64,000 nucleotides of DNA from Trichoplax adhaerens. Taxonomy: Eukaryota > Animalia > Placozoa. Both the position numbers and the translations under genes were made by a program. The stretch is taken from positions 4,831,006 through 4,895,005 of the forward strand of contig NW_002060949.1 in NCBI RefSeq assembly GCF_000150275.1, read 5' to 3'. The notes under the pieces are model-generated. The model had not been told where the DNA came from. It did not search any database and saw nothing but the letters and a program-made list of their open reading frames with translations. Shown here piece after piece: positions 12,521-26,475 of the stretch; position 1 is the first letter of the stretch, and each line of letters opens with the position of its first letter.

Positions 12521-14314
12521 ATATTCATATCCAAATGTACAGTTTCATCTGGCTTTAAACTTAGACTAGAATTGACAAAACCTATATTATTATCCATTGA
12601 TACATCAAATATTTTCATCATAAATTCTAATATGACTCAATTTATCATTTTTCATAAAAATTTCGATATCAAATCATCATAATAGGCATCAACGAAATTG
12701 GCATTATACGTATCCATTAAAAATTCGTTACGATATGCTAATTAGTTTTAGACCGATAAACGAAAATTTATTGCTTGCTAAATCTAGAGCCTAAATGGAT
12801 GTTGCTGCATAGTATATGACATCGATCGAGTTCCAGAAACAAGCGAATTCTCAATATACGATATATATATCTTAACATAACACCCATCAGTAGTACCTGA
12901 TACGGGAAATTAATGATCAGGATTACCTCAAGCTTGTATTTTATATACATAACTTTGTCTTTTGTTGCAGTAAAATAAAAACAATGTTTTTAGCATGGCA
13001 GAAATTGAATTGAATAAGTAAAGTATATATTCTAACTTGAAGCGAATTCAATTATTCATCTTTATTTCAGCAAACTAAGGCCTTAACAAAATTCATTGTT
13101 AGTCTAGGGTTAGTTTGAAATTTTATGCATTGCTATAACATTTCAGATTCTATTTACCTTCATATAAACAAAGCGATCATATAATTTTTGCATTTAAATA
13201 ATTTTTAAAGTTACTAATTGATATATAACTACAATCTGCTGGTTATAAAGTCATGTATTGAAATTTTAGGGAAGACTCGCTGTCCATATAATGACCAAGA
13301 CTTATGACACAATTCCTTATTTACTTCTAAAATAAACGCTGTAAGCGAATTTATTCGATCAAGTCACATCATTATTTTAAGATTGTTATTACAACTGTGT
13401 TCAATAACGTAGAATGAGCTAGACAGATTTTCTAATGCTGCATTGCGTACGTTTACATAACCAAGATAAATATCTAAAGCATATCTTTAATACTTATAAA
13501 CTATCCAATATACTCCAAAGTACTCAAATCAAAGTACCGATAGTACTGCAATAAAGTAGGATCTAATCACATTGATAATGACTCGTTATCAATTCGAATA
13601 ATATGAATCAAACAACACATAACGGAGACTATCCATATACGTATGAATTAAATTTTCTGTGCAGGCAACGAAAAATAAATGCATAAGAATATTTGATTTG
13701 CAGTTAAAATTGCAACTTAAATAGCCTAGGCTTAAAAATTGTAGTTTAATGCAGTCATGAAACGTTTCAGCGTAGAATGAGTATTATGATACAAGAGAAT
13801 TGATATTCATGTTTCCATTAGCTCTAGCTGAAATATTGAAATCTGCAGAATCTTTTAAAAGAATCTTTCATGCCGTTATAGGCACTAAAACTTTCAGTAT
13901 ATGCAATGCAAAACGTGGAAATACATTAAGTTCGATTGGTATTGGTATCTATTTAAACAGCTGTAAAAAAGTAAAAAGAAAAATAATACAGGCAAAAATT
14001 TATTCTTGCAATTTTGAAGATTTCTTTCTTTGATTTGCTAAAGCTTATACTACCTGTCTAGTCAACTTATGTCAAATTTTGTAGTGTGTAAGGGTCAACG
14101 TGCAGCTTTTAGCATCATTATGCAATCGATACGATGCCCTCTTAACTCAATGATGGCTTATTCGCTTTCCACATTGATATATTGGCAAAGTTACCTGCTA
14201 ATGCGGATAATACGTAAACTATATTATACTAGTTTCCATTTTGGAATTACCAAAATAGATTATTACAATATTCCTTTACTATGAAGGTTGGCACATGATA
14301 AAGGGTGAAAATCT

Positions 14315-15713
14315 TCATGTGAAAGTGATCAATTCAGGAGGCAAGTGTCCTATATCGCCTAACCCCATTAACGTAACTCTGCCATCAGGTTCAATGGTTA
14401 AAGTAGTAATTCCACAATTGGCAATATTAAATCGTAGCCATGCTTCCATGGGCAGTTGCAAACTCCTGAAAGATATCAATTATATATAGAATATATTATG
14501 TGTCGATGATGACAAATCAGCATGATCGAAATGCATGCCATATCACAAGATGTCAATTGGAATGTATGCAGGATGAGATATTGCGATGACAATTTATAGT
14601 CAAATCTTAACACAATATTTGTTTGAAATATTATATTCATATAATCTATAGTAATAGGTAAACCCTATTTTCAGTATATCCTTATCAACAAAATCATATT
14701 GAAAGTGTAAGCAATCACACTGCTTCGAGCTTCGAGATTTTAGTGAAGTTCGCTTCCTTTACAATGCATTTTGACAGTTTAAATAGCCTTTCCTTCATTG
14801 GGTAATCTTATTCAACTTACCTACATATAAGATATCTGATGGCATTAGCATGACTAATAATTAAATCGATAGAATGATGTGTTTGTTTAGCATGGGCTCG
14901 ATAAAAGTATTTCCTGAAAGATCCTTCCATCCTTATTCCATCCGCTAACATTGCCTAATGCCATCAACAAAGCAGCAGTAAGAAATTGATAACTTTGTAA
15001 TAGTTTGAGTTCTGATTCGTTTGATATCATCTAAGGTAAAGTATAGTAGGGCAATCTGAGGCTAATGTTCAACGCCTAGTCCTCACCTTTTTACTCGGTT
15101 TCCAATATTGTACAGGTGGTACTGGTTCGATCGGTGGGGCTCCCTCCGATAAAGCTTTTGTCGCTTCTTTATTTTTACAAGTTATGATTTTGCAGATTTG
15201 ATCAGCGGTTTCTGCAGCACTCACTGTAGCAGAATAGTATACGTTACTTATAGGGATATTCATTGCCTTCAATCTCTTGCCTGTCAATTTTGCCTGCACT
15301 CTTCCTAAATCGGTCAATACAGGCTTGGTTTTATCCTTTTCAACATGAACCAAACGGAATTGGCCATGGCGCACTATTAGAATTGTCCTCGTTGCATTGG
15401 GCTTGATAGTCTCTTTTTTGGGATATTTCCGATCCCAATTGTGATCCCAAGATATTCGATAAGACGATCTAGGTATCTCGACATGATCTTGAGGACTACC
15501 TTGCTTTTCCTTGTCTTTCTTTATCTCTTTATTCATACGGTGATTGCTGTTGGCTGTCTTTTCTGCGTCTTTGCAGCTGTCATCGGAGCAAGTTCCCTGC
15601 TCGGATGATGTACGCTCGGTTACCTGCTGTTTGCCATCCTGATGGCAGCTCCCTTGTAAAATCAAGAGCATCATCACGCTAATACCTAGTATTAGCTTGC
15701 CTAAATCAGTCAT
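14315..15713 (-). CDS. PGAM5-like histidine phosphatase paralogue with signal-peptide-like N-terminus
   Basis: Exons 15713-15087, 14954-14821, 14465-14315. Motifs: WDHNWD, LIVRHGQF, LTDLGRVQAKLTGKRL, EGAPPIEPVP, SHANAIRYLICR|[26 protein letters not shown]. The first ATG is at 15713; the ORF track starts at a TTG. Confidence 0.92.
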
Positions 15714-16282
15714 TTTGTTCAATATTTAGGTATACGTTAACAGACTCCAACTCAATTTTTGAACTCCGAACCGTCCAGCAGCCAAGAACGTTAGATCAAT
15801 ATTTTACTTGCTGCAGGCAGAGTACCGGCGCCAGCTGTGCTGCAGTCGCGCTTTACGTGACTGCAGTCTAATCAGAGACTCGTTCGTCTCTAGTATGGTC
15901 ACGGCTTCCGTCCAGTACATTTTACAGTCCTGTCTAATAATACAGAGTACAGTATACTGTATAGTGTTGGTATAAAGTGTACTGTACAGTAAAGTACAGT
16001 ATAGAACAGTAGGTATAAATTATACCGTAGAAGCATTTCTGCATACTGTATCTGCAAATTCTACTGTACTGTGCAGCCAATATTTAGTTATAAAACACTC
16101 AAAAAATTATTTACAGTTCATAATTTTAGTTTTAAAATTTGGGGAGTAATCCATGACATTTATTCTACAAAATATGGACGTGATGCGTATATCAGTCTCT
16201 GCCCATATTACCACATCTAAATGGTGTATCTGGATAGACTGTACTGCACATTCGAGTGTACAGCAGACCCTTCCATCAATTC

Positions 16283-16614
16283 TACGAGTACTCAATGGCT
16301 ACTCTTTAATGGCACAGCATTTAGTCAGCGATTCATGAGACTAATAGTTTTAGTCTCAGAAGTCCCTGATTGAGTCATGGACTACTAAAAATATGCATAG
16401 TTAGCAATTTCAGTCCATGATTTAGTCTACGTCTAACTGTCCCACACCTACATACTATAACGGTATGTACTGTATTAATTAAACATTCTACTATGCCGGC
16501 CCTCCAATTATAATATGATAATTATACGAGTACTAAATGACGACTCTCCAATGGCACAACATTTAGTCAGCGATTCCTGAGACTAATAGTTTTAGTCTTA
16601 AAAGTCCCTGATTG
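16283..16614. repeat. Direct duplication of a ~90 bp unit containing a palindrome
   Basis: tacgagtact..atg...aatggcaca.catttagtcagcgattc.tgagactaatagttttagtct.a.aagtccctgattga at ~16283 and ~16525; TGAGACTAA-N5-TTAGTCTCA inverted repeat. Confidence 0.8.
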
Positions 16615-17801
16615 ACTTATTGCAGTCAAAGCGGGGTGATTGTGACTTTCAATTTATTTCTACAGCAAAATTGGCAATCCCAGTATATCAATTTTATATT
16701 AATAAACTGAACGAATATAAATTGAAATATATCGATCGCGTTGGGCTATGATATTGTTGAATAACCCTAGGTATGGAATAGGGCAAATTGCACATCATAA
16801 AGTGGATCAATGCCGTTTACTATTTCTGATCTTTTGAATATTTTGGTATATTTACGGCAGTTGAGAACTTCATTGACTCTATAGGATATAATTTAGACTA
16901 GTACTGTACTACGGTATTTCTTCCAATAGGCATTAAAACAGTATATCTCGATTCAAAAAGCACAGAACAGCAGACCTTAACTATTATCTTTTCATACGAG
17001 TACATAGAAATTGGCTGACAGAAACGGAGTGTTCTGTAGATGCGTGGCTAGGCAGGAAAATGGCTGTGTTTTGAAAGACATAAAACATAATGTGGCCTGA
17101 GCCATATCCCAAATAGATCACAATACGGATACACTGGAAAATACGCCCAGCCATGTACACAAATCGCAGAGAATATGCAAATAAGGTTACAAACATAGCA
17201 CAGTTGAGCATAGGACTTTTGCTAATACGATTCTCTCGGGAGAAGAGTAATTGAAGCAATACATTCTGATTATGCTATCCACAACACTTCTCTATCTTAG
17301 TCGAAACTTGATATATTGTACATACAATACATACTGTACGTTTTGGCAATAGTACTGTAGTCCAAGCGGGGCTAAATTAAGTTATTTTATTTAGCCATAA
17401 TGATAAAGTTGCAATTTTAGGACAACGTCGGTGGGGCATTTTATAAACAATTGACAATGATGTTTTCTCATATCACTTACTGGTGTATACGCGTACATAA
17501 ATATTGCAGTTAGACTTACCTGAGTCTCTAACTCTCTATTAATATAGGAGCACAACACGTTCGTTATGCATTAGTGTGCATGTAGACTGCATTTTAACAG
17601 AGGCATATAATAATAAATATTTAATTTATCTAAGAACAAACAGATCTCAACTTGCGGAACTCGTGTAAAAGTCGAAAATAATGTACCATTAGGTCAAAAT
17701 ATGAAAGTAGGTTAAAGTGAACACTATCATAGTCCAAGTTTTACAAATGGAGTCAATTTCGGAAAGTGTTATTCGATAATATGAATAGCTTCGAATGTAT
17801 C

Positions 17802-20800
17802 TTACAGACTCGACGAAATTTCCATATCTTTTGATTCCTAATAGAATTTATATGTGCAATATTAAAAAGGAATATTCGCTATAAGAATAGTATTAATATC
17901 AAACTTCTTTCTACTGTAGCCTGTTGATAACAAAGAGCTCAGTATTGAATAGTATCTTGATTCTATTGTCATCTCCATTATAAAAACTGTCCAATTTGCA
18001 TATCAGCAATTAATCAAAATGAGACATTAAATGGCAAACCTGCATTATACGTCCTTTAGTTTCTATTGGGAGAAGCATCGCAGAAATTCCTCCCGCGAAG
18101 GAAATGCAAGCGTAAATGCTTAACGCTAAGATATCGGAAACCGGTAACATTACCTACACAGTAGATCAAAACATGATAAGTTGGTAATTTAACGAACTAC
18201 CTTGTACGAAAGCTATTTTATAATTTTCGCTAGTGAAAAAACGTTTTTATCGAAAATATTTCACTTGCATACAATACAATTAGCAAAGGTGGGATAGTCC
18301 TTAAGTATACACGATATCATATTTTAAAAATAAACCAGGAACATTGCCTTCCATTACAATCGAATATTGCAGTTTTTGCTACAACCTGAGCTAAAAATGG
18401 TGTAATCATTGCACCAATTCGAGCGAAACTGCTGCAAAATCCAAGGCCTAGTGCTCTAAATGTTGTTGGATAAACCTATAATTAAGCCAAATGGGGAATA
18501 TCAATAACGCCATGTTTGTAATTAGCACAGTTTTTACTACGATACCTAAGCACTCAAGATAGTCATTCTACTTCAGAATATATTTCATGATTAAAAGCTA
18601 AAGTATAACTGTAATCATTCTATCGTTCTAATATTTAAATTTCATTCCGCTTTATTCGGTTCTTAGCTATCAAACAAATTTCACGACCCCTATAATGCTA
18701 ATTTGTGATAATTACTATTTTCATTAAGAAGTTGATACTGATAGATAGACAGTATTTGTAGAATTTTAAAAACATATTTTAACAAATCACCTCAGGGGTA
18801 TAAACATAGGCTACTTGAAAGGCTCCAGAAATAAGCGCTCGGACACAAAATATAAGGATTGTCTTCGGTACCCTAGTGGTGCAGATAATAGTTAATAAAT
18901 GTATGCAAGTGCGAAAACTATTATAACTGAATATAGTAAATCTGAATTATAATTACTACGTTAAAGTTTTACATTTACATATCTTTATGTCATTCATCGT
19001 GAGCGTTCATTTTATGAGTAATTTATAAAGTAATTAAACTATTTTCACTAACAATGAATTGATATTACCTTGCACTGCATATTATTAGCATGAATAAGAA
19101 TACTCCAGCAAGCGAAAATTGTAAGCATAACGCCTTCTTTCTCCCCAATTGCTCAACAATCAGGAATGCAAATATCATCCCTTAAGAAATAAAAAATTAA
19201 ACAAAAAATAACGTTGAATTTTAATCACTAATTAGATATCAAATTTAAGCAATCAATCATGGCTACTGTTATAGAATTATATTCTGAACTATCAATGTTT
19301 TTAAAGTAAAAAAATTTAGCAAAACAAATTAGCATACGAATATACTGACCAGGGAACTCGGAGACGGTTGTAATTACAATATTACGATAGTCATCACTTG
19401 ATAGTGGCTTACATATGCATCCGTGAATAGAATTTTCTCCATTACCTAAATGTATTTAAATATTTAAGTCACCGTTAACTACCAAACAATGCTTCATAAG
19501 ACAGCTACAATTCTAGTATTTCGAAAAGTAAAATTGTTGCGCTTAGACAATATTAATGTACATTAGGAAACAGCTGCTTAATACTTATGGCTTACCGCAT
19601 CTATCCACCGTGTATAACACTGGAGTCATTAAAATTATTCCATAATACAGTGCCGCAGCAGAAAACCTGTCCAAATATGACAGTAATGAATAATACCGAG
19701 TAATCCTCATATTAAACTTACTCAACAATTTTACGAGTGATGGCTTCAATTGTACTGTATTGTTCTATATACAAACAATAGTTACCAAATTGACCACATC
19801 AATAAAGTTGTTTTCGTATAAGGAGGTTTCAGTAAATCCCAAATTCGTCCACGAGTTCCCTAAATAAATAACGTCATTCCTCTTTAATCTAAAATTTATG
19901 CATTGACCAAATCTAGGCTTCTAGTCATCACGTAGAGACTTTTGTTTGCTTGAATGTCCAAAAAGAACATCCAATATACTTTTACTACCTTGCTAGGCAA
20001 TTTTATATCTTCACTATACCAGGACTTCCTATTTGCTGTCGCAACATTATGCAAAACTGACATAGCTTCTGAGCGTTGACCGGATATTAACAAATATCGT
20101 GGTGACTCTGGAATAATCTATAGTCAATTGTAAAAGTAATTAAGATACGTATTTTATTTACAAGCGATAATATCTATATATTGATAGCATACCTTATACA
20201 GAAAACAGAAAACTAGGCAAGGTAGGCTAGAAAAAGCTACTAAATATCTCCAACCAAGGGTAGGCATAACAATAAAGGCTAGAATAACTTCGAAACTTGC
20301 TCCAATCGACCAAAATGACTAAGAGATTGAGAAAGAATTATACGTCTCTGTTATTATAGTAAATGAAATGACGATAAAATATTATAATTCAGCTATGCAG
20401 CGAAGTAGAAAACTGTACTTGGAGAAAGACAATTGATCTAGCTCGAGCTTTGACAGGCAAGAATTCACTATAGAGAGTAACCCTGTAGATTCATGGAAGA
20501 TAATATAAGCGTTACATAGTTTAACATAATGTGTAATCAAACAGTACAATATGCGTAAACACGTCTATCTGTAACATTCTTAAGTCAATATATAATAGTA
20601 ATCTAATTAGGGAAATGATCGCTATTTTAATTGTATAGACGATGTAATTTAGAGGTAAGTCGTGGCAGTAAAGTTTTATCTATAATCATAATTTACTATA
20701 CTTTTGAATTGTACAAGTTTAGTGCAACATCTTACGCTTGTGCAGCACCAGAAATACCAAAACCGGTTATTGTTCGTGTAAATATAACCCAAAAATAGCT

Positions 20801-23800
20801 AGGAGATAGAGCGCATAATATTCCATAAAAGAAAGTGCAGAAACTGGAAGACAATAACCCCTGTAATGCAATGTTGATTGTAGGATTACTCATTTGACTT
20901 TATTTACTAGAAATGTTATCGTCTATCAGGAGCTACTAATTTTACTAGAGCTATATATTTTAAAATTTAATTTATCATCTTCATCTATTAATGGCAATAT
21001 ATAATTATAGATCAATTCGTATGTACTATTTTGCGTCCGTATATATCTGCCAACCAGCCCCAAATTGGTGCTCCGATACCAAAGCCCATAAAGACCACCT
21101 ATTATAGATTGGATTATATTATATTTTAAGAATTTGATAAGTGAATAGTATAAATATTTTCATATAAAAATAATTACGATTTTAGCTGATTATACCGTCG
21201 TTATAAAGGCTTCCTGCCATGATGAAAGATACCATTCACAAAGGAGAACTGGACCAATGACGGATAATAGCATCATTTCCATGGCATCTACGGCCTAATA
21301 CACAAATACGTGAGATTGACTGAATATTGATAATGTATGGGTTGAGTTCTATGTGGTTAACATTTTATAGTATAAAAATTGTTAGCAATGGATCTATACT
21401 GATTGCACTTAAAGTATAGCGTAGCACTGTTTCCTCCTGAGCGGTACTATATAAATGGTAATCTCGATATTTATATTAGAACTAGAATCGTGTTATGTTT
21501 ATTTCTGTAAGCAAACTCGGTAGATGCTAAGATAACCATGTCTACGTAACCTACATCGCATAACTGTAAATTAATTTTGTGCAATCTGCGATCAAATACT
21601 GCGCGTATATACTCGTACGTGTAATAACCCTAGCTCTCGTCCATTTTAAAGCATTAATATAACTAGCTTGCATATAGCTAACTTATTACTTGCCATTAAT
21701 ATTTAAGGTACTGCTCCTAGTTTACTGCTAGATTAAAGGTAGTCATATGTAAACAAGTGCAAATTTGAAAAGCTCACTATAAGTCCATATTAAAATGAAA
21801 CCGTATAACTATACCAAGTTTAAACTTGCAATAATCCATCAAGTACCGTCAAGATAAAGAAATCTTGTATTTTTAAAATGGCAAATTATCTTAATTAATT
21901 AGTGCATTAATTAGTGCAACTACAGTATGTATCATAAGATTAAACAGGATTAATATATTCGTGTATTACATTACATATATACATAAAATACATACTAACC
22001 CAGGCACATCCCATTACAAACGTCAATCGTATTTGATATTTTCCAAATCCTAATGAATTAATTACTTCTCCAAGAGTGGTTGAATCATCTAAGGATTGAA
22101 TGAAAGGAAACCAGTTATAACTAAAATATAGGAATATTCTTAATGATAGCAATACAGTCAGTCTATTTTGTAGGACGCCTATATTCAATTTGCTTCTTTG
22201 TATTTTAGACTGGACTTTGGGTAAAATATTATCAATGGTGTTGTCTTTTTAATGACTGTTAGAAAGTGACGATATGGCTATATTTGTATTTATAACGGTA
22301 TATATCCTACCACTAAATATACCGTCTTTCCTAAATAAATACTGCTATTACTAAGGAATATAATATCAATGACAGTTATAAACGTATTCGATGATAGCAT
22401 TAAAGCTTTAGTAGGTGTTATAAACGTACCATATACTAACACGGGATTTAAGACTATAGCGAGGCATTTAAGATCTATCCATTAATTCGACCATTTACAG
22501 TTAGTTAATGAAGTCACTTAGCATTTGATTTATTTTTGGCGTGGTCTGATGTTTACCCAACTTTCAACAGTTCATGGAGGTCGAAATTTTTTCTGATTGC
22601 AAGATTTAAAATTTACAAGGATACTAACTCTTTGCGTTAGTGTAAAATGTCTACGCCATAGTACAGTAGTATTCAGTCTGGCAACGAGATATCGTAAAAG
22701 TAACAATCTATTCCGATGTGCTACATTTGTAGGAAGCGGATGTCCATTATACTGTAACTATTAAATAACGGCAGCATCAAATGACCAGAATGTAGCATCC
22801 AATACTTTAACTAACTCCGTTAGTAAGTAATCATTTTTATTTCATACGCCTATAGGCTACGACAATACTATAACATCAATACTATAGTAGACAAGTAGAA
22901 CTGTACCTAACTTCATCATGACTACAGAAAAGTCTATAGTTTTTAAAAATTCTCGAAATTATACTTCATGTCAGCAGTTACGCCATTTGATCGAATAATG
23001 AAATTTTAAAGCCTTGTTCTTACCAAATAGGGATTGGCTCTGTTGATCATTTCTTCATTCCTTAGTACGTACAGTACAGTATATATGTACATGTAAATCC
23101 TACTTGACTGTAAAGGCCTGCGGATCTAAATTAAAAATACCCTCTAAATTACTCCAAGTTGTACTGCCGATAGTTGCTGCCCTTGATGGGATAATGAAAT
23201 CTTGAAAGCTTTGGTTTAGCTCAATATGAGAGATACAAAAGTAGCACTGCTTAAATGATCATTTGTTCATTTCTTAGTAATGACTTCGCTATAGAAAAGC
23301 TTGGAGTTTTAAAAAAAAAATCCACCGAATTGTATTCATGTCGATAATGATGGCATTGACCGAATAATGAAATTTCCAATGCCTTGTGTCGCCAAATCGA
23401 GATTGACCGTGTTATTCATTTATTCATTTCTTAACATAGACTTTAAGGTTCATAAATAAAGCAGGCAAATAGTGGCCGCATATTTGCCGTATATGATCTG
23501 ACTTGACTACAGAAAGGCCTGTCATTTTAAAAACCCTGTAATTTGCATTGAATGTCCACCGTTGGGGCGTTTAACTGAACGACGAAATTGTAAAAGCCGT
23601 GTCATCATCCAATCGAGACTGACTACGTTGATCATTTGTTCATTTCTTAGCATCAACAGGATTGAAAAATTAACTTAGTAAACTGATTTCTATCTAGGCA
23701 ATCTTTTATCGATCAATGTATACTTTGCTTGTAACTTAAAATAACATAATGTGATTTAAGATTAAAAGGATTTTTATCAATCTTATCGTCATCAAAACGA

Positions 23801-24112
23801 AGATAGGGTCTTGTACTGTACATTAATCTCGAACTCGTTACAAGATTAGCGCTATGGATATTTTCTACAAGAATACTGCAATAGCTCACTTAACGGTGTT
23901 GAATCCAGATTTAATGCACAGTAGAATGCACAATCTATATCATGGCCTTTCCTAAAACTGTATTTGAACCTGTACAGTGTTTTAATGGCCTAGTGGATAA
24001 TAATGGTTCTAAACATCAATAAAATGATTCTTTTCCTACCTTGATCTTCTAGCAAAGCATCCTGATCCACCGATGATCCTAAATTGTGCATAGCTACAGG
24101 GGTGGTCTCCAT
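17802..24112 (-). CDS. SVOP: SVOP/SV2-related MFS transporter, paralogue A (16 exons)
   Basis: Exons 24112-24040, 22088-22000, 21294-21196, 21098-21027, 20860-20736, 20482-20419, 20318-20193, 20117-19989, 19859-19786, 19666-19596, ~19445-19350, 19180-19069, ~18872-18790, 18475-18386, 18153-18040, 17837-17802. Motifs: [56 protein letters not shown]. All introns GT-AG and the frame is open. Confidence 0.93.
22980..23650. repeat. Degenerate ~200 bp tandem repeat (about 4 units) in SVOP-A intron 1
   Basis: Recurring ..gaataatgaaatt..aaagcc.tg.....ccaaatcgaga....g(a)tcattt(g)ttcatttcttag at ~22990, ~23190, ~23360 and ~23580. Confidence 0.6.
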
Positions 24113-24854
24113 TGATGAAATAATAGCGAAATGATAGGAAAAAAGAAACCGTGTGTGTGGATGTAAATATATGCGTATTCGACTCTGTTAATAGAATGCA
24201 AGCTAGACTTATTTGCTGTGGAAGATTGACTATAACTTTTTTACTTAAAATTGAATTTCTTTATTATTCTGCCAACTCGATAGCTATAGTATCGTAATCT
24301 ATTGGTGAGTGCTATCAGTTACAGTTAATCAACATCCTTGAACGGCATCACTTGAATGCCAGAACCAACAAGTTTGAAGTATCATGTAGAAAGAATGTTC
24401 TAATCAAAAATCAGCTAAAGCAAATCCTCTCCGGATAGAAACTGCTACAGTCCAGGTCCAAATCGCAATTTCGCCGGCAAAATCTTTAACGATGACTGAA
24501 TACACAACCTTACCACTAGTGAATTAGAGTAGTGTTACTATAGATTAGCGCCTAGCAATTGGAAAACGTTTTGATTGACTGATTTATTGATTGAATGTGT
24601 TAATGACTTTTATTACTCTTTTTACTCTCTTACTTTAGTTACGTAAATAAATAAATAAATATATCCACTCTCGTATGTTACACACCTACTATGCAGCATA
24701 CGCTTAGAACACTGTATCGTACTACATACAGACTATGGTACTAAAAAGAAATGGTCACACACTGTGCACTTGCAAACAGTAGTAGACGAGAGGTAAGAAC
24801 GCGTTGCCAGTGGACAATTAGGATTGAAAGAAAAAATCAGAACGCAAAGTAAAA

Positions 24855-25577
24855 GTCTCTAACGCCTCCTTTCCTTAATAATATAGAGTAATTAGATACT
24901 GGTAGGATAGGTAAAAGAAATTATGCAAGGATTTTAGGCAAAAATGACAGAAACTAGCTTACACTCTCTCTGTATTGACAGTCGGCATCATAGCCCTAGC
25001 AGTGGATCGCATACTCGAACTCCTTGAAGTATCCAATTAGTAATAAAGTAGTTTCTTCTAATCATGTCGTGGCTTAGAAAACCCTAGCTCAGAGCTTTGC
25101 TAACCCAAACCGCTATGAGTTCACTGTTCAATAGTTTCGTTAAACCTTAATAATAATATACAGTAAATAGATACTGGTAGGATTGGTAAAAGAAATTATA
25201 CAAGGATTCTGGGCAAGAATGATAGGAACTAGCCTACACACTTTCTGTATTCACAGTCGGCATCGTAGTGGATCGCATACTCGAACTCCTTAAAGTCTCG
25301 AACGTCTCCTTTCCTTAATAATATACAGTAATTAGAGACTGGTAGGATAGGTAAAAGAAATTATACAAAGATTCTGGGCAAAAATGGCAGGAACTAGCTT
25401 ACACACTCTCTGTATTGACGGCCAGCATCATAGCCCTAGCAGTGGATCATATACTCGAACTCCTTGAGTATCCAATTAGTAATAAAATAATTTCTTCTAA
25501 TCATGTCGTGGCTTAAGGAAGCCCTAGCTAAGACTTTTGCTAACCCAAACCGCTATGAGATTCACTGTTCAATAGTT
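24855..25577. repeat. Tandem repeat upstream of SVOP-A: full ~283 bp unit, truncated ~150 bp unit, full unit
   Basis: ccttaataatata.agtaattagatactggtaggat.ggtaaaagaaattat...gtggatc..atactcgaactcctt occurs three times; the tail ...aacccaaaccgctatgag.ttcactgttcaatagtt occurs twice. Confidence 0.9.
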
Positions 25578-26475
25578 AAGTCATCGGTGGCGGATTAAAT
25601 CTGATCTCACTGCTCTACTATACTGTACATTCGGTGTAGTCACAATCATAAACTGGCATCTTTCTACTCAGAGGTTGGTACACCATGATGTAGAAAGCAA
25701 GAAATTGAATGTACACAGTACTGTAAATCCCTTAGTTGTGATTGCGTACTGATGTAAAATATGGAAATGCATTTGGTATGGTACGCTAAGTTAACATTAT
25801 AAAATAATAAATATAAGTACAATATATCTGAATTAAGTGCATAGATATCTAACATGGCAACAGCCTTACTTAACCGTAGCTCAGTAACATTATATATATA
25901 ACATTCATCTGCATAGCGTGATCAAGGACTGCAATCTTCTCCAACTGATATGGACATGTAAAATCGTCTACAAATGGCAGACTCGTCAATTTAATCAAAA
26001 TATCATGCATTCCAGCAAGAGTTGATCGTAACCGATAGCTAGTTATTTCCGCCATCAAGCCAGACAAACAAACATCATTATACGAAACGACCATTCAATA
26101 GAATAAAATGAAATTATTTTAATGGCGAAAATTGTATCTGCCAAAGATAAAACGATTTAAAGGATATCAATATTCAAAATTTTAGTACTCCCTTGTATTG
26201 CCCTCTCTGGTGAAAATTGAATAGCTGGGTTGATTTAAGTTACTATCATAAATATATTCGTAAATTAGCTATGCAAACACAGAATGGCCTTTGATCATGG
26301 ATGATATTACGCAGCTTAATTAAACGAAGCACAAATAAGTATTAGTTTAAAGTATGAGTAGTGATAAATAATCAGTTCATGGGTATTATTATACTAGAAT
26401 ATAAATATCAATTTCATAGATCAGGCTTGATAGCAAGTGGTCCACTTCATTTAATAATTAATATATCATAATATT

